Source of the DNA: Haliotis rufescens
Lineage: Eukaryota
Assembly: GCF_023055435.1 (NCBI RefSeq)
Contig: NW_025963802.1
Span: forward strand, 27,652,001 to 27,716,000
Length of the DNA: 64,000 nt
Direction: 5' to 3'
Part shown: in pieces, positions 13,210 through 26,854 of the stretch
How positions within the stretch are numbered: position 1 is the first letter of the stretch
How the letters are laid out: every line of letters begins with the position of its first letter
The notes under the pieces: model-generated
Databases searched by the model: none
What the model was told of the DNA's origin: nothing
What the model saw: the letters and a program-made list of their open reading frames with translations, nothing else
Translations under genes and position numbers: made by a program

Positions 13210-13625
13210 GACACGAGGGCTGGTACCAAAGCTCTAAACCTAACAAACAAAACCAACATTTGTGAAAGTGTTTTTAATTTTATTTTTCAACATAATCTCT
13301 CTGCTTTTCGATACGCTTCTCATGTCGATAGTGAAGCTTTTTAATTCCAGTCAGGGAGAAATGTTCTGAAGCCACTCTGAAAAAGCCTTTTACGGCAGCT
13401 TTGAGATCATTGTTGTCATAACACTTTCTACGGAGGTATTCTTTCACTTTAGGAAACATGTGGAAATCACTTGGCGCCAGGTCAGGCGAGAATGGGGGCA
13501 AAGAAGCTCTTCGAACCCACATTTTATCGCATTGCAGCCTTTGCAAGTTGAGTGGTGAGAAGAGGCATTGTCATGAAGTAGTAGAACTCCAGCAGTCAGC
13601 ATTCCTCACCGCTTTTCTTTGATAT
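13210..13625 (-). mobile_element. mariner (DD34D) transposase 3' remnant
   Basis: GVLLLHDNA (~13565-13590, minus strand), then PPFSPDLAPSDFHMF...GIKKL...DYVEK (ORF 13280..13546). A mariner-like terminus ACGAGGG lies near 13213. Confidence 0.85.
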
Positions 13626-14214
13626 AATCTCTCAGATGGGATATGTAAACAATGATATGTACTATTTCTGTAACTCGGAGATTGTAAGCCTTACTCATTT
13701 CTTTTATGAATGCAAAATTACAGAAGAAAACAACTATTTAATAAATAAAAACTGCAATACATATTGCAGTCAACACTTAACGAAAAACGAAATGACGGTT
13801 TCAGTCTTCTAATAACAGTTGACCCAAAAATTCTTTTCAAAATAAGAACATTTACAGACAGTCCTAGATTTGAATTGTTACAAAAGAAAATTATATATGC
13901 ATATAATGTCGATAAAGTCAATGCTTTTTCTACATGTAAAAACACTACGTTCTTATTACCGCTATACATCGGTTACGACTCTTCTGTTGTAACCAATGAA
14001 AGTGACAATTGTATACATCCTTAGACTCATCTCCAGAAGTGTACTTACAAAGTCCATTATTGTAACATGTTTTCTCTGTTATCTAATTCACTGACTTCGA
14101 TGTAACTACTACTACTACTAATAATAATAAAATAATGGTTCTGTACTGCTGAACGGTACAGAAATGAGTGTCATCAAAGTGAAGTGCCATATCAAATCGG
14201 CCCTGACTCATTTT

Positions 14215-14625
14215 TTAAAGGAGAGGCTATCTGAACGCCCACTGCATCGAGTTTATGTGCTGTGTGTTGAGAAGATCAGCAACCCTGCAGAGTCCTTGGA
14301 TGTGGACGGCTGGCCTGAAAAGTAAAACAGAAGGCTTTCTGTTTTCTGCTCAGTACCAGTCACTTCCAACTCGAAACCGTCAATGTGTGATTTTGCATCA
14401 AAATGTAAATATGAAATGTAGATTATGTAATGAATTTAATGCCCAACTTTGGATGCCCAGCTTTGGCATAGATACATTATCTTAAGCGACATAATGGGGT
14501 GGCTCGATCATTTTATTACCGTCTTCGCCATGCTTGTGGTTTTGACACAGAGGTCCATCCATGGTACGACATAGAGTATGTAGAGGGCGTCGTGGAAAAT
14601 GATAAATACAAAATCCTGTCTGGGT
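14215..14625 (+). mobile_element. Non-LTR retrotransposon fragment, RLE-type (R4/Dong/NeSL-like) zinc-knuckle region
   Basis: LKSKTEGFLFSAQYQSLPTRN...CRLC...GCPALA...RHNGVA...WY...VVENDKYKIL, read across frameshifts. Confidence 0.75.
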
Positions 14626-15689
14626 GGGTTTGGCTAGGCAGCCCTACCCGGGAGAAGTCTCATTCGCTGTCTGGGCTAGAAGTGTAGAGGGGGCAAGGGT
14701 CCTGAGCTGATAATGAGCCTAACCAGCCTAACTGTGCCAGGATCACCAAAACCCTCTTTGCTGCATGTTTCATTTTAATCTGTACATGATAATAATAACC
14801 AAAGTCTCAATTACCCCCCAAAACAGATTCCATCGGACGCAAAGGCAAAATAGTGGTGAAAATGATATGAAGGGATCACTGTTAGTCAGTGAAGACACCA
14901 GGTGTTCACGAAAAGAGAAAGCATGTCCTTCCCTATCGGTGGCATCTTTAACCATATCAAATGTTTTTAAAGCCGTCTTGTAATTATAAGAGAACGCTCT
15001 AACAATTGGGTACCTACACGATAAGGGCTGCTAATGTATATTATTGTCTGTGCAGGGAAATGTCAATTTGTTTCACATTTTAAACATTAACGTATTTAAG
15101 GGTATTTAATGTTGCAGTTAATAGCTGTCTACTGGCATACTGGTATTGAGCGAACTCCGCTAAATGCAATGTACCAAACCACTTGTAAACCACCAGACCG
15201 TACAGTGAATAATCTGGCTGTCAACATAGGACTATGATTACCAGGTTTTTTATTGGAAGGCGTTTCCTTTTAACGACAACTCATTTCTTAAGATGACTGC
15301 ATGGAGCGGTAGTCATCGAGAATATTGAACGTGTCCATGTAATTGTGAAACAGGCTGATCGTTTTCTTGTGATCACTTCCGTTTTGCATACGACTTGAAC
15401 CAAACAAATTCACTCAACCTGAAAATGTTACTTCATGGGTTACTGGTCGTCATGTCTCAACAGACGCAGTCAACACAAAGAAACTAAACTATGTGTGTGA
15501 CGAGGCTGACAATTATAAGGATACTCCTAGAAATTCAATGTCGAGTAAGCATTGTAAATGTGTGTTGGGAATGGTATTGACTATGATAGGAAGAAGCAAA
15601 CACTGTGCATTCGCAATAAGATATCATGTATTTGAATCATAACTTTAATCATAACTGAATAATAACATAAGCTCCATAAAAGTCGGAAC

Positions 15690-16600
15690 AAAGAGGGATG
15701 TATTGCAGATGTACCACCAAAGCCCTGTCTCACTGATTAACCGTAATCCTTAATACAATCACAGAAAGTATTTGAGACAAGTGGATTTTTATAGCATGTG
15801 GATTCTCAGAAACTAAAAGGATTTGCTAAACTTTTTACAATCTCGGAAAAGAACCAGGTTCAGTTCTGTCAAAACATTTGATTTTTCAACTTTGTACAGC
15901 ACTAACCCACGTGACAAACTTGACTCCTTGATTCATGGGGCTTTTGTTACAAAACCTGGTGGCCATAGACATAGCTGCATATCCATCTTCAGAGGTTCAG
16001 GTCTATTTGTCAAACATGAAAGCAAATGCCATCCTTAGTTTACTGAGTGATGCTGAGCTGCCCCATTGATAGCATCTATGTAAAATTTGGGGTAAGCCAT
16101 TCGGGCAAGAAGTACGCATACCCCATGGGCACCAGCTGGGCTCCCCTTCTTGCTGAAATGTTTCTTTATGCATATGAATCAGAATATCTGCTCGGATTGG
16201 TAAAGTCAAAATAGGTAATTTGACTAAGAAGTTTAACTTAAGCTTCAGGTATATCGATGATCTGATATCGTTCAACAGTCAATTTTCCCATTATGTCGAG
16301 CCATATTCCTTTCAAAGAGTGTCATACGACTCTTGCTCAGAAGGTTGTTGAGCAAGGTTACAACAAACAAGGTTTCCGTAAAGCCTTCAAAACGTGTTAT
16401 AGTAGACATGTGGAGGACATATCCAAATCTGACGCATCTGTTACAAAACTGATGTCCGATGCAATTCCGTATTTTGACTTGTACCCGTGTTTTTAAGTAA
16501 ACAGTTGACTTGACTTTGCATGTGTTTGTGGCGGGTGCCACCGGTGTGGCAGGATACGCTCGCCTTTTCGCGAACAGCAGGTATCATCAGTCTTTGATAG
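15690..16600 (+). mobile_element. Degenerate Penelope-like retroelement RT + 3' end (copy B)
   Basis: SMWILRN, KTFDFSTLYS, IPHGHQLGSPSC (a frameshifted GIPMGT.CAPLLA-like motif), FRYIDDL, C-terminal helix, then the 3' motif GGGTGCCACCGG. Confidence 0.8.
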
Positions 16601-18797
16601 TGATTCATAAAAACATGTTCATGATTTAGTCGTAATCGTACAATCGGCTCTTTTGGCAAAGATTTCTTATGAATTATATTTAACTTTTAAGATAATGCAA
16701 GATATCGCAGTAATGAGTAGTGCATACAACTTGTTTTACAAGACAGTGTTATGGTTAGTGCTGGGAGCATGTTGGTGTTATCAGTGAAAACAGTGTTATG
16801 GTTTGTGCTGTGGGAATATTGGTATCATGAGAGAGGGCTGTTTTTATGTATGTGCTGTGCATGTTTTTTTCTTCATTTGTAGGCGCTGAATTATTATTTT
16901 TCTTAAAAGAGAGCTCAGATTTCTTAGGGCACATCTCTAACTTAACCTGCGGAAAGAATGTTAACTTTGTCTCTCTGTTCACTAAAACATAACAACAGTT
17001 CAGATGTAGGTATTTAAAAACAGATAAAAATTAAAGCAGTATAAATAGCATTTGTATTTCATAAAAGGCCATACGTAAGATCCGGCGAAGTAAGGAGGTG
17101 TTAAACGACATTTATAGACAGCACTGGGGATTCAGGGTCGTGCCCAGAGGGGCGTTATGATTGGAGGGGATACCCTGAATGTTTGCTGTATACATTAAAC
17201 AGTTTTTTGGAATGAAATCGCCTCCCTTTCGGCCTCAAAAATACAAGTAAGTATCTTCCTTGACATTGGTTCTGTCCTGTTTTTAGGAACAAACAATGTT
17301 GTTTGGTAATGTTTATCTTGCTAGTCCGTTTAGGTTATTGCCAAAAACTATTTTCATTTATATATATTTGTATTTTTTGTCATTTTATTTTTCAAGTAAG
17401 GGTAAATGATGCGGTTTCAGTCATATCACAGTGGGATAAGTGGAGTCAAAACCCGTGTCAGAAGGATACAAAACATAGACTTGCATGACATGGCCTCTTG
17501 AAATGGAAGATGTGAAATGATTATTAATAAATAAGGGTTACAGAATATTGTTTCTCATGGTGATATCTCTCAGTCAAAGATTATGGCTTTGCTCTTTAAG
17601 TACTTTGTATTGATGAAGATGGCTATATTGCGCATATTGGGGTACAGTACAATACACAATATTCCTGTTTGTGTTAAGGTCACAGAGCAGGACAGAATGT
17701 CTGTGTTTTGGTGGGTACAGAACATATGATACACTTTCTGTTTGTGTTTGGGGTCCAAAACATGACCCTGTGTCTACTGTCAGATGCCAAGAGAACAAGA
17801 TACAGTCTCTTGCTATTTGTTTTAGAAACCGGATATGACCTATTCTTTGCAATATCCGTCACAGATTTTGCTCTATTCGCACATGCTGTTTAACAGACGA
17901 TAACGGCACGCCATGTTTAAAATATCGTCATAACAATATATGTTTTTTTCTCTGCCTGTTTTTGGTCTTTGTGGATACAGCATTTCATCATGACTACACG
18001 ATATTGAACTGTTTTGTGTTGAACAATTTGAATCGCTGTCCACCCACATGTTCATGAAGCGGTGTCTTCATACACTGCTTTATCGAGTAGATGTAAATAA
18101 AGTTCAGCTGGCAAGAGCATCGCTTCTTTTACCCTCCCCTTGATCTGGATATCATTGCCGCGAGCACATATACCTCAACAACCACGACTATTTCCGTAGC
18201 AGCATCGACTGTTTATCATGCATTGTGTCAACACGCGTCTCCACGTGCCCCTTGTTAAGAACATATTTATAACACTGAGACGATGTAAACTCTATGTTTG
18301 CTGCAGGTGACAGAGGCAACCGTCCCCCGTCAGGTCGAGTATTGACGCTCAACTTCCGGACTAAATTGATCAAATGATGTTTGAAGCATTAAGTTACATC
18401 TCATAATGTTCGGATAAATGAACTGTAATCGTAGCATCTCCAAGTCAAGCTGGGTAAGGATCAATGTTATACTCAATCAGCCAGTTATTAAACATATATA
18501 CATAGATGTCATAGCCAGCATGTTGAACTCGTCTTGGAAAGTTCATCTTACCTAGTGTTTATAGACATTTGAATATTTTCAGAATATTTACATTATCAGA
18601 CACATTCCTGTCACAAGTGTAGATTCAAGCCACACAGTACATCATATAGTAACATAATGGATGTATGGGGATCTACAGATCGTTAAGTGAAGATGGTTTT
18701 GGCCACAATTCAATATTTCGTTAACATAATCAGAACCACTGCAATTGATAACCATATCATGTTTCATGCGTGTGTCGCCGTAAACACTAACAGCATA

Positions 18798-19207
18798 AGA
18801 AACAGTGTACAGATAGGTCAATACCAAACCACACGGAAACAGTGTACAGAGAGGTCAATACCAAACCACACGGAAACAGTGTACAGATAGGTCAATACCA
18901 AACCACACGGAAACAGTGTACAGATAGGTCAATACCAAACCACACGGAAACAGTGTACAGATAGGTCAATACCAAACCACACGGAAACAGTGTACAGATA
19001 GGTCAATACCAAACCACACGGAAACAGTGTACAGATAGGTCAATACCCAACCACACGGAAACAGTGTACAGATAGGTCAATACCAAACCACACGGAAACA
19101 GTGTACAGATAGGTCAATACCAAACCACACGGAAACAGTGTACAGATAGGTCAATACCAAACTACACGGAAACAGTGTACAGATAGGTCAATACCAAACC
19201 ACACGGA
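18798..19207. repeat. 37-bp minisatellite (CACGGAAACAGTGTACAGATAGGTCAATACCAAACCA), ~11 copies
   Basis: Direct reading; copies are near-identical. Confidence 0.95.
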
Positions 19208-19499
19208 AGCTACGTAACATTTGTGTTCAAATGAAACTTGTTTGGTATACTAACTGACATGATGGTTTATGATAAATTCAGAATGACATTAATTGTGGTT
19301 TGCACGCTGTCAGCAACCTGTCAGATATACCCCGGCGGTCTGTAGATCAGAATGGGACTAGATCAGTATGGAGTAATTGTTGATAGCATAAGCAACGATA
19401 CATCGGGGTACTATGACTTGCTCAGTCAGGACAAACATGGTAAACATCCGTTCATCTAAACACCATCCCTTAAAGTATGCGCAGCTTGAGTTGTTCCTG

Positions 19500-19680
19500 T
19501 TGGGATTCCGGATCAGACTTGGTCGACTAATTTGATCGGGTGGTCAGGGTCGGTGTGTTGGCTGATTGCGTATTATCGTGCCCCGACGGAATCGGGCTTT
19601 GCTCATAATATTAATCACGACTGTGTTAGATCCAGACTCGATTATTATAGCTGGTATATTGCTGAGTGCGGCCCTCAACT
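19500..19680 (+). mobile_element. Degenerate, internally deleted SINE family B copy
   Basis: GATCGGGTGGTCAGG...TCCAGACTCGATTAT...TATTGCTGAGTGCGGC is shared with 52818-53072. Confidence 0.7.
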
Positions 19681-20069
19681 TATTTTGGACGAAGACCAGT
19701 TGTGCTTTCACCGGGGTTTATATCATGTCATTCAAAGCTTCAACAAACCTTTCCTTTTCAAACAGTAATCATTAATCAAAAGTAATTTCAATAAAATAAA
19801 GTATACATAACTAAAGATAAACGAGTAGCTGTTGGGTCATATATGTTAAAGGAAAAAAGTAACTGTGTTCGATAGAAATAAATATATTCCGAAATGAAAT
19901 AATGCATCTTTCAATACATATTCATGAAGACATTTCCTCGACTTTGCACGGCGTACAATTTGGATGTTTCGGTGTTACTCACGGGGGGTGGGGGTGGGGG
20001 GTGGGGGGGGATTAGTTTGGTGTAGACAACATCTGAGGTTCAGAAGAAAAAAAGACTAACTTTGCTGTA

Positions 20070-20130
20070 CTGCCATGGCCGGCTGTTTCTCAGACCTCTC
20101 ACCCACAGACCATGTCTGGGAGAACGACGC
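20070..20130 (+). mobile_element. Tiny Tc1 transposase relic
   Basis: LPWPA/SDLSPTDHVWE (frameshifted) matches the WPA.SPDL.PIE..W motif. Confidence 0.5.
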
Positions 20131-20559
20131 CGATCTTTGGCTGACAGTTGTAACAACCTCTCCAGGCTGTTTTCAACCACTTGCCTCACCTCTATTAACG
20201 TTAATGGTGGTCACGCCCGTTACTGACATTGTTAATGGACTTGTTGCAACCTCCCTATTTTAGCGCCTGTCTCTCTGTCTCCTGTTACCAGGTATGGGTC
20301 TTGTCAATGCATATGTTATGGAAAAACAATGATCAGATGAATGACCAAATATTATGTTTGTTTTTTCAATAACCATACATTTACACGCCTTTGTATGCAG
20401 CACATGTACTTGTCCGTTAGTATTGTTTTCCAAACTATTTTCTTATCCAGAACGATCCCCTAGATCCATAGATCGTAAAGACGGATCAGGAGGTTACAGT
20501 GTATAACCTTGCTGACAGCCTTTCGATTGTTTAAAGGCTCTCCAGATATTGCGTTGAAT

Positions 20560-20778
20560 CGTGAAGATCCGGTTTTGAATAGATCTTCAGCAACCCATGT
20601 TTGACGGTCCGGGTGGTCAGGCTCGCTGACTTGGTGGATGCATATCATCGTATCCAAACTGCGTGGATCGATGCTCATAATATCAATCACTGGATTGCCT
20701 GGTCCAGGCTTGCTTATTAAGAGACCGCCTTCATATATGTGAAATATTGCTGTGTGTGGCGTAAAACAAATAACAAAC
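20560..20778 (+). mobile_element. SINE family B copy
   Basis: TCTTCAGCAACCCATG...GGGTGGTCAGGCTCGCTGACTTGG...AATATTGCTG...GGCGTAAAAC followed by an (AAAC)n tail. Confidence 0.85.
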
Positions 20779-22169
20779 AAGATATTGGATGTCACTAACT
20801 GCGCCATAAAAGCTTTCCACGGTTCGCAAACAAAGTATAACAAAGTGCCCTGTACACCGAAAACTCAGCCATTTAAATTTTCGATTCGTAGCCTATATGT
20901 GTGTAGTTAACGATATACAGAGCAGGTGGTGGCACACGGGGACTGAATGAGGGACACGGAAACTGCAGGCATTGCAAATTCAGTCCATCGTCACAGCTTG
21001 GTCAGCAGTTTTTTACTGTCGCTTCGTGACCCGCTGGTGTGATTCAATGCTCCTCTGGCAGTATTTTACTGGCGCTTCGTGACCCGCTGGTGTGCTCTGG
21101 CGGCAGCTTTTGAAGACCAAGAAAGAAATGTAGTAAATGTTGTAGTAAATAATATGTCCTAGGCGCATTAACAAGCTTCCCAAGACCTAAGCTTATAGTT
21201 CTCAGAGTATTTCCTCGGGCGATACCATGTGAAGCATTCTAATAATAAGTACATGGCAAACCGAATTATTTATCACACAAAACAGTATAAAACGGCAGAA
21301 ATCAGTGCGAATGCCTGCTTAAATGTGTAAATGTGGACTAGGATAATTACCATGTCCCACACAATGAGGCGAAAATCAACCATATACTTATGTTTGTGTC
21401 GTTTAATAAATTTTCTTCTAATAACAGGATATGTTACAATTTAGGACTTACGGTTTATTCGTGTGTATGTTGTTGACCGCCGCACTCGGAAATATTACAT
21501 CTGTATAACGTCGGCCTGTACATAATCGAAAGAAAATGTTTGCTCTCACTTCAAAGTATATATAAGTGCTCGGGGTTGTGCTATTGTTTATGTAGTTCAC
21601 GCAGGCATCAGCGCGGTGATTGTGACGTGAAATGAAACACACAAGTACATGTCCATACACCTACCACACGTATAGGCTGTGTGGGAATTCTGTTGCAGCA
21701 GGACCAGGGTCTAGATCTAAGTCGCACACCGGGGGCAGACAGTGGGCATCAGGCGCTACCGTGTACGTCGAATGGCCAATATTATATTCCAGTTGGTATT
21801 AGGTGCGGCAAGAAGATCTACAATGCGACAGTTTATGTATAATAAACACAGATATATGTCGTACTGCAGAAGTGTAGACACGCGGGGCATTTCACACATT
21901 TCGTTTGCATATTTGTAATGCTGTTTTGTTTCACATTTCTCCAAAACATGAATTCAGTAACTGCCAAAGAAAAGGGCGATATGAAATATATCCATGCCAA
22001 TACAACAGCTGATAGTGTCAGCACACTTCATTAATTCCAACCATGCCCCAGGGGCAAACAGAACCACGACAGGGTTACGTTTTCTATGCGATCCAGGATA
22101 CGACAAATTGTCTTCACATCCCTGTTTGAACTATCATTCAGTTCATATTCAATTGTTTCTGAACATAGG

Positions 22170-24960
22170 GTCGACACCATGTACTACCCAACCGTACACA
22201 GTCGACACCCTGTACCACCCATACACAACCGACACCCTGTACCCCCCATATACAACCGACACCCTGTACCACCCATATACAACCGACACCCTGTACTACC
22301 CATATAAAACCGACACCCTGTACCACCCACCCATATACAACCGACACCCTGTACCACCCATATACAACCGACACCCTGTACTACCCAACCGTACACAGTC
22401 GACGCCCTGTACCACCCATATACAACCGACACCCTGTACTACCCATATAAAACCGACACCCTGTACCACCCACCCATATACAACCGACACCCTGTACCAC
22501 CCATATACAACCGACACCCTGTACCACCCATATACAACCGACACCCTGTACCACCCAGCCGTATACAACCGACACCCTGTACCACCCACCCATATACAAC
22601 CGACACCCTGTACCACCCAGCCGTATACAACCGACACCCTGTACCACCAAGCCGTATACAACCGACACCCTGCACCACCCATATACAACCGACACCCTGT
22701 ACTACCCATATAAAACCGACACCCTGTACCACCCACCCATATACAACCGACACCCTGTACCACCCAGCCGTATACAACCGACACCCTGTACCACCCAGCC
22801 GTATACAACCGACACCCTGTACCACCCATATACAACCGACACCCTGTACCACCCACCCATATACAACCGACACCCTGTACCACCCATATACAACCGACAC
22901 CCTGTACCACCCATATACAACCGACACCCTGTACCACCCATATACAACCGACACCCTGTACCACCCATATACAACCGACACCCTGTACTACTCATATAAA
23001 ACCGACACCCTGTACCACCCACCCATATAAAACCGGTACACCCTGTACCACCCCGCCGTATACAACCGACACCCTGTACCACCCATATACAACCGACACC
23101 CTGTACCACCCACCCATATACAGCCGACACCCTGTACCACCCATATAAAACTGACACCCTGTACCACCCACCCATATACAACCGACACCCTGTACCACCC
23201 AGCCGTATACAACCGACACCCTGTACCACCCATATAAAACCGACACCCTGTACCACCTACCCATATACAACCGACACCCTGTACCACCCAGCCGTATACA
23301 ACCGACACCCTGTACCGCCCAGCCGTATACAACCGACACCCTGTACCACCCAGCCGTAAACAACTGACACCCTATACCACCCATATACAACCGACACCCT
23401 GTACTACCCACCCATATTCAACCGACACCCTGTACACACCCTGTACCACCCAGCCGTATACAACCGACACCCTGTACCACCCACCCATATACAACCGACA
23501 CCCTGAACCACCAGGCCGTATACAACCGACACCCTGTACCACCCATATAAAACCGACACCCTGTACCACCCACCCATATACAACCGACACCCTGTACTAC
23601 CCACCCATATACAACCGACACCCTGTACCACCCAGCCGTATACAACCGACACCCTGTACCACCCAGCCGTATACAACCGACACCCTGTACTACCCACCCA
23701 TATTCAACCGACACCCTGTACACACCCTGTACCACCCAGCCGTATACAACCGACACCCTGTACCACCCAGCCGTACAAAACCGACACCCTGTACCACTCA
23801 CCCGTATACAACCGACACCCTGTACCACCAAGCCGTATACAACCGACACCCTGTACCACCCAGCCGTATACAACCGACACCCTGTACCACCCAGCCGTAC
23901 ACAACCGACACCCTGTACCACCCACCCATATACAACCGACACCCTGTACCACCCAGCCGTATACAACCGACACCCTGTACCACCCAGCCGTTCACAACCG
24001 ACACCCTGTACCATCCATATACAACCGACACCCTATACCACCCAGCCGTATACAACCGACACCTTGTACCACCCATATACAACCGACACCCTGTACCACC
24101 CAGCCGTATACAACCGACACCCTGTACCACCCATATACAACCGACACCCTGTACCACCCAGCCGTATACAACCGACACCCTGTACCGCCCAGCCGTATAC
24201 AACCGACACCCTGTACCACCCAGCCGTACACAACCGACACCCTGTACCACCCAGCCGTACACAACTGACACCCTGTACCACCCAGCCGTATACAACCGAC
24301 ACCCTGTACCACCCAGCCGTACACAACCGACACCCTGTACCACCCAGCCGTATACAACCGACACCCTGTACCAGAAGCCGTACACAACCGACACCCTGTA
24401 CCACCCAGCCGTATACAACCGACACCCTGTACCACCCAGCCGTATACAACCGACACCCTGTACCACCCAGCCGTACACAACCGACACCCTGTACCACCCA
24501 GCCGTATACAACCGACACCCTGTACCACCCATATACAACCGACACCCTGTACCACCCAGCCGTATACAACTGACACCCTGTACCACCCATATACAACCGA
24601 CACCCTGTACCACCCAGCCGTATACAACCGACACCCTGTACCACCAAGCCGTATACAACCGACACCCTGTACCGCCCAGCCGTATACAACCGACACCCTG
24701 TACCACCCATATACAACCGACACCCTGTACCGCCCAGCCGTACACAACCGACACCCTGTACCGCCCAGCCGTATACAACCGACACCCTGTACCACTCACC
24801 CGTACACAACCGACACCCTGTACCACCCATATACAACCGACACCCTATACCGCCCAGCCGTATACAACCGACACCCTGTACCGCCCAGCCGTATACAACC
24901 GACACCCTATACCACCCAGCCGTACACAACCGACACCCTGTACCACCCAGCTGTACACCA
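22170..24960. repeat. 27/31-bp minisatellite (TACAACCGACACCCTGTACCACCCATA / ...CACCCAGCCGTA), ~95 copies
   Basis: Direct reading. It is the source of the many overlapping repetitive ORFs in the track. Confidence 0.97.
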
Positions 24961-26854
24961 CAGACACACCCTGAAAAGCAAATGGTTGTTCGCAAAACAC
25001 TTCGGTACACTGCTTTTCCGGGGGTTGGGTGGGGGGATGGGTTGAGTTTTAGTCTTTCGGTTCCAAATTAGATCCACGCCGATTGTACTTTGGGAGATGC
25101 ACTTTAAGACGACTAGACTGGGATCGTGCATCTGGTGGAAAAGGATTGCAATATTTCAAGTTAATATTTATGTTACATTTTGGTTTTCACGACCCAGCAT
25201 ACGCGTTTTGGTGTCAGTTGTAATCTGTGTAGTAAGTATCAATTATGAGAAATATTCGTTAATTTTACTTTAAGGTCCCCAGAAGACCTCCGGGGGCAAT
25301 TGAAGGCCAAGGAGACAACCTGGTGGCAGAAGAGAACAAAGAAGGCCCCTGGAGGCAGGACGACTACCAAGAAGAATATACAGACACCAGGGAGGAAAAG
25401 AAGACACCCTAGAGGCAGAAGAGGTCCCAGGTGTCCTCTGGAGGCAGGGGCGACTGCCAAGTAGACACAAGCGAGCCTCCATGAAGACACCTTAGAGGCA
25501 GAACAGTTCGGCTATATGGCTGAAATAATGCCGATGCCCAGAACAGTTCCAAAAAGTCATCTAGAGGCAGGACGACTGCCAAGAAGAAACAAGGGGGCAC
25601 AGAAGAAGACGAAAGAGGCCCAGGTAGGCAAGCTTTATATTTCACCATGCTGTCTGTGTTCTTGTTTGACTTCAGTATAACATCATGTTGTTTCCTCTTC
25701 CAACTTCACTATTTTCTCTGCTGCATTGTCCGTACAATAACTATTGGAGTCTACTCTCTCCTGAAGCGCTCGTAATTGACCGCTTGTGTTGAAGTTCTCG
25801 TTGAGTCGTGAACTAAGACCTATCATATTTTTCCAATCAGCCTATCTTATTTCAACCATGTCTAACCTTCTAACTTCTGATTCCTAGACATCAGTTGAGT
25901 TTCAACTCTGTGCATTAAGCACCGTGCTGACCCATATCGATCTGTGTAGTGGCTGGTATTTGGGTCACCCCGTGCATTACATCGTGTTGTACATGGACAT
26001 GGCTGACCAAAGGCTTCGATTGGCGGAGAGACCAATCTAATGTTACACCTGCTCGAGCATCTAATAAGCCGGCACACATACACTGGCCATTTATTTTTGT
26101 TGTAAAAAATTGATTGTCAATTACTACCCCAACGCATAAGGGAATGGATTATGAAGTGGCAAGCATCAGCGTCTATATGAAAAACAAATGCTTTATATCT
26201 CTGCCTATCACTTTCAGCTATGGCCACACTTCCCCACAACCGGTGAGATTGTTATAACTGCTACACCTGACATTTGTTTGTATGCACGTCTGAAAACAAG
26301 GAGTGAACGGTTATACAGTTAGTAATAATCGGGGTAACGCTTTTCTGTGAATGAAAGTATCGTTGTATGTACAGCACATACATGTAAATGTGTTTAGGTG
26401 GTGTGTCATACCGCAATCAGCACGATGGTCCAGTATACGTATGTACACTTAAATATAGACAGGTACGTGGTAACTGTAGTAACGAGAGCGAGATAAATAA
26501 ATGCAGGTCGGGTTAGTATTATTTCTTTGGTTACAATGAATAGTTAATTATAAATTGACAATTTTAACAGTTTTTCATAAGATGAAAGAAATATTAATGC
26601 AGAACAGACTAGCAATTAACGTGATGCAATCGCGTTACTCAATACAACCCAATAGGAACAATATATACGGCGGATATTAGGTATTAGGTATTCAGATATT
26701 AGGTATGAGTTGTATAACCAAGCTAGTATACTAAATCCATCATTCTCCAAGTGATCAGTTTATATAATGTGAGAAGCTCTGTAAACCCCTAGCCGCTTCT
26801 ATATTACACATTCATATTACTCCAACGTAGAATACACGCAAAACTGTAGTAATA

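Noticed and set aside
18798-19207. 37-bp repeats resembling a CRISPR array in unit size
   Set aside because: The copies are head-to-tail with no unique spacers, there are no cas genes, and the context is eukaryotic. The same applies to the other arrays.
21994-25010. Many long overlapping ORFs (up to 342 aa) with GGTGCRLY/WYRVSVVYG repeats
   Set aside because: They are translations of a stop-poor minisatellite in several frames. Unit lengths of 27 and 31 shift frame, and there is no splice or start context.
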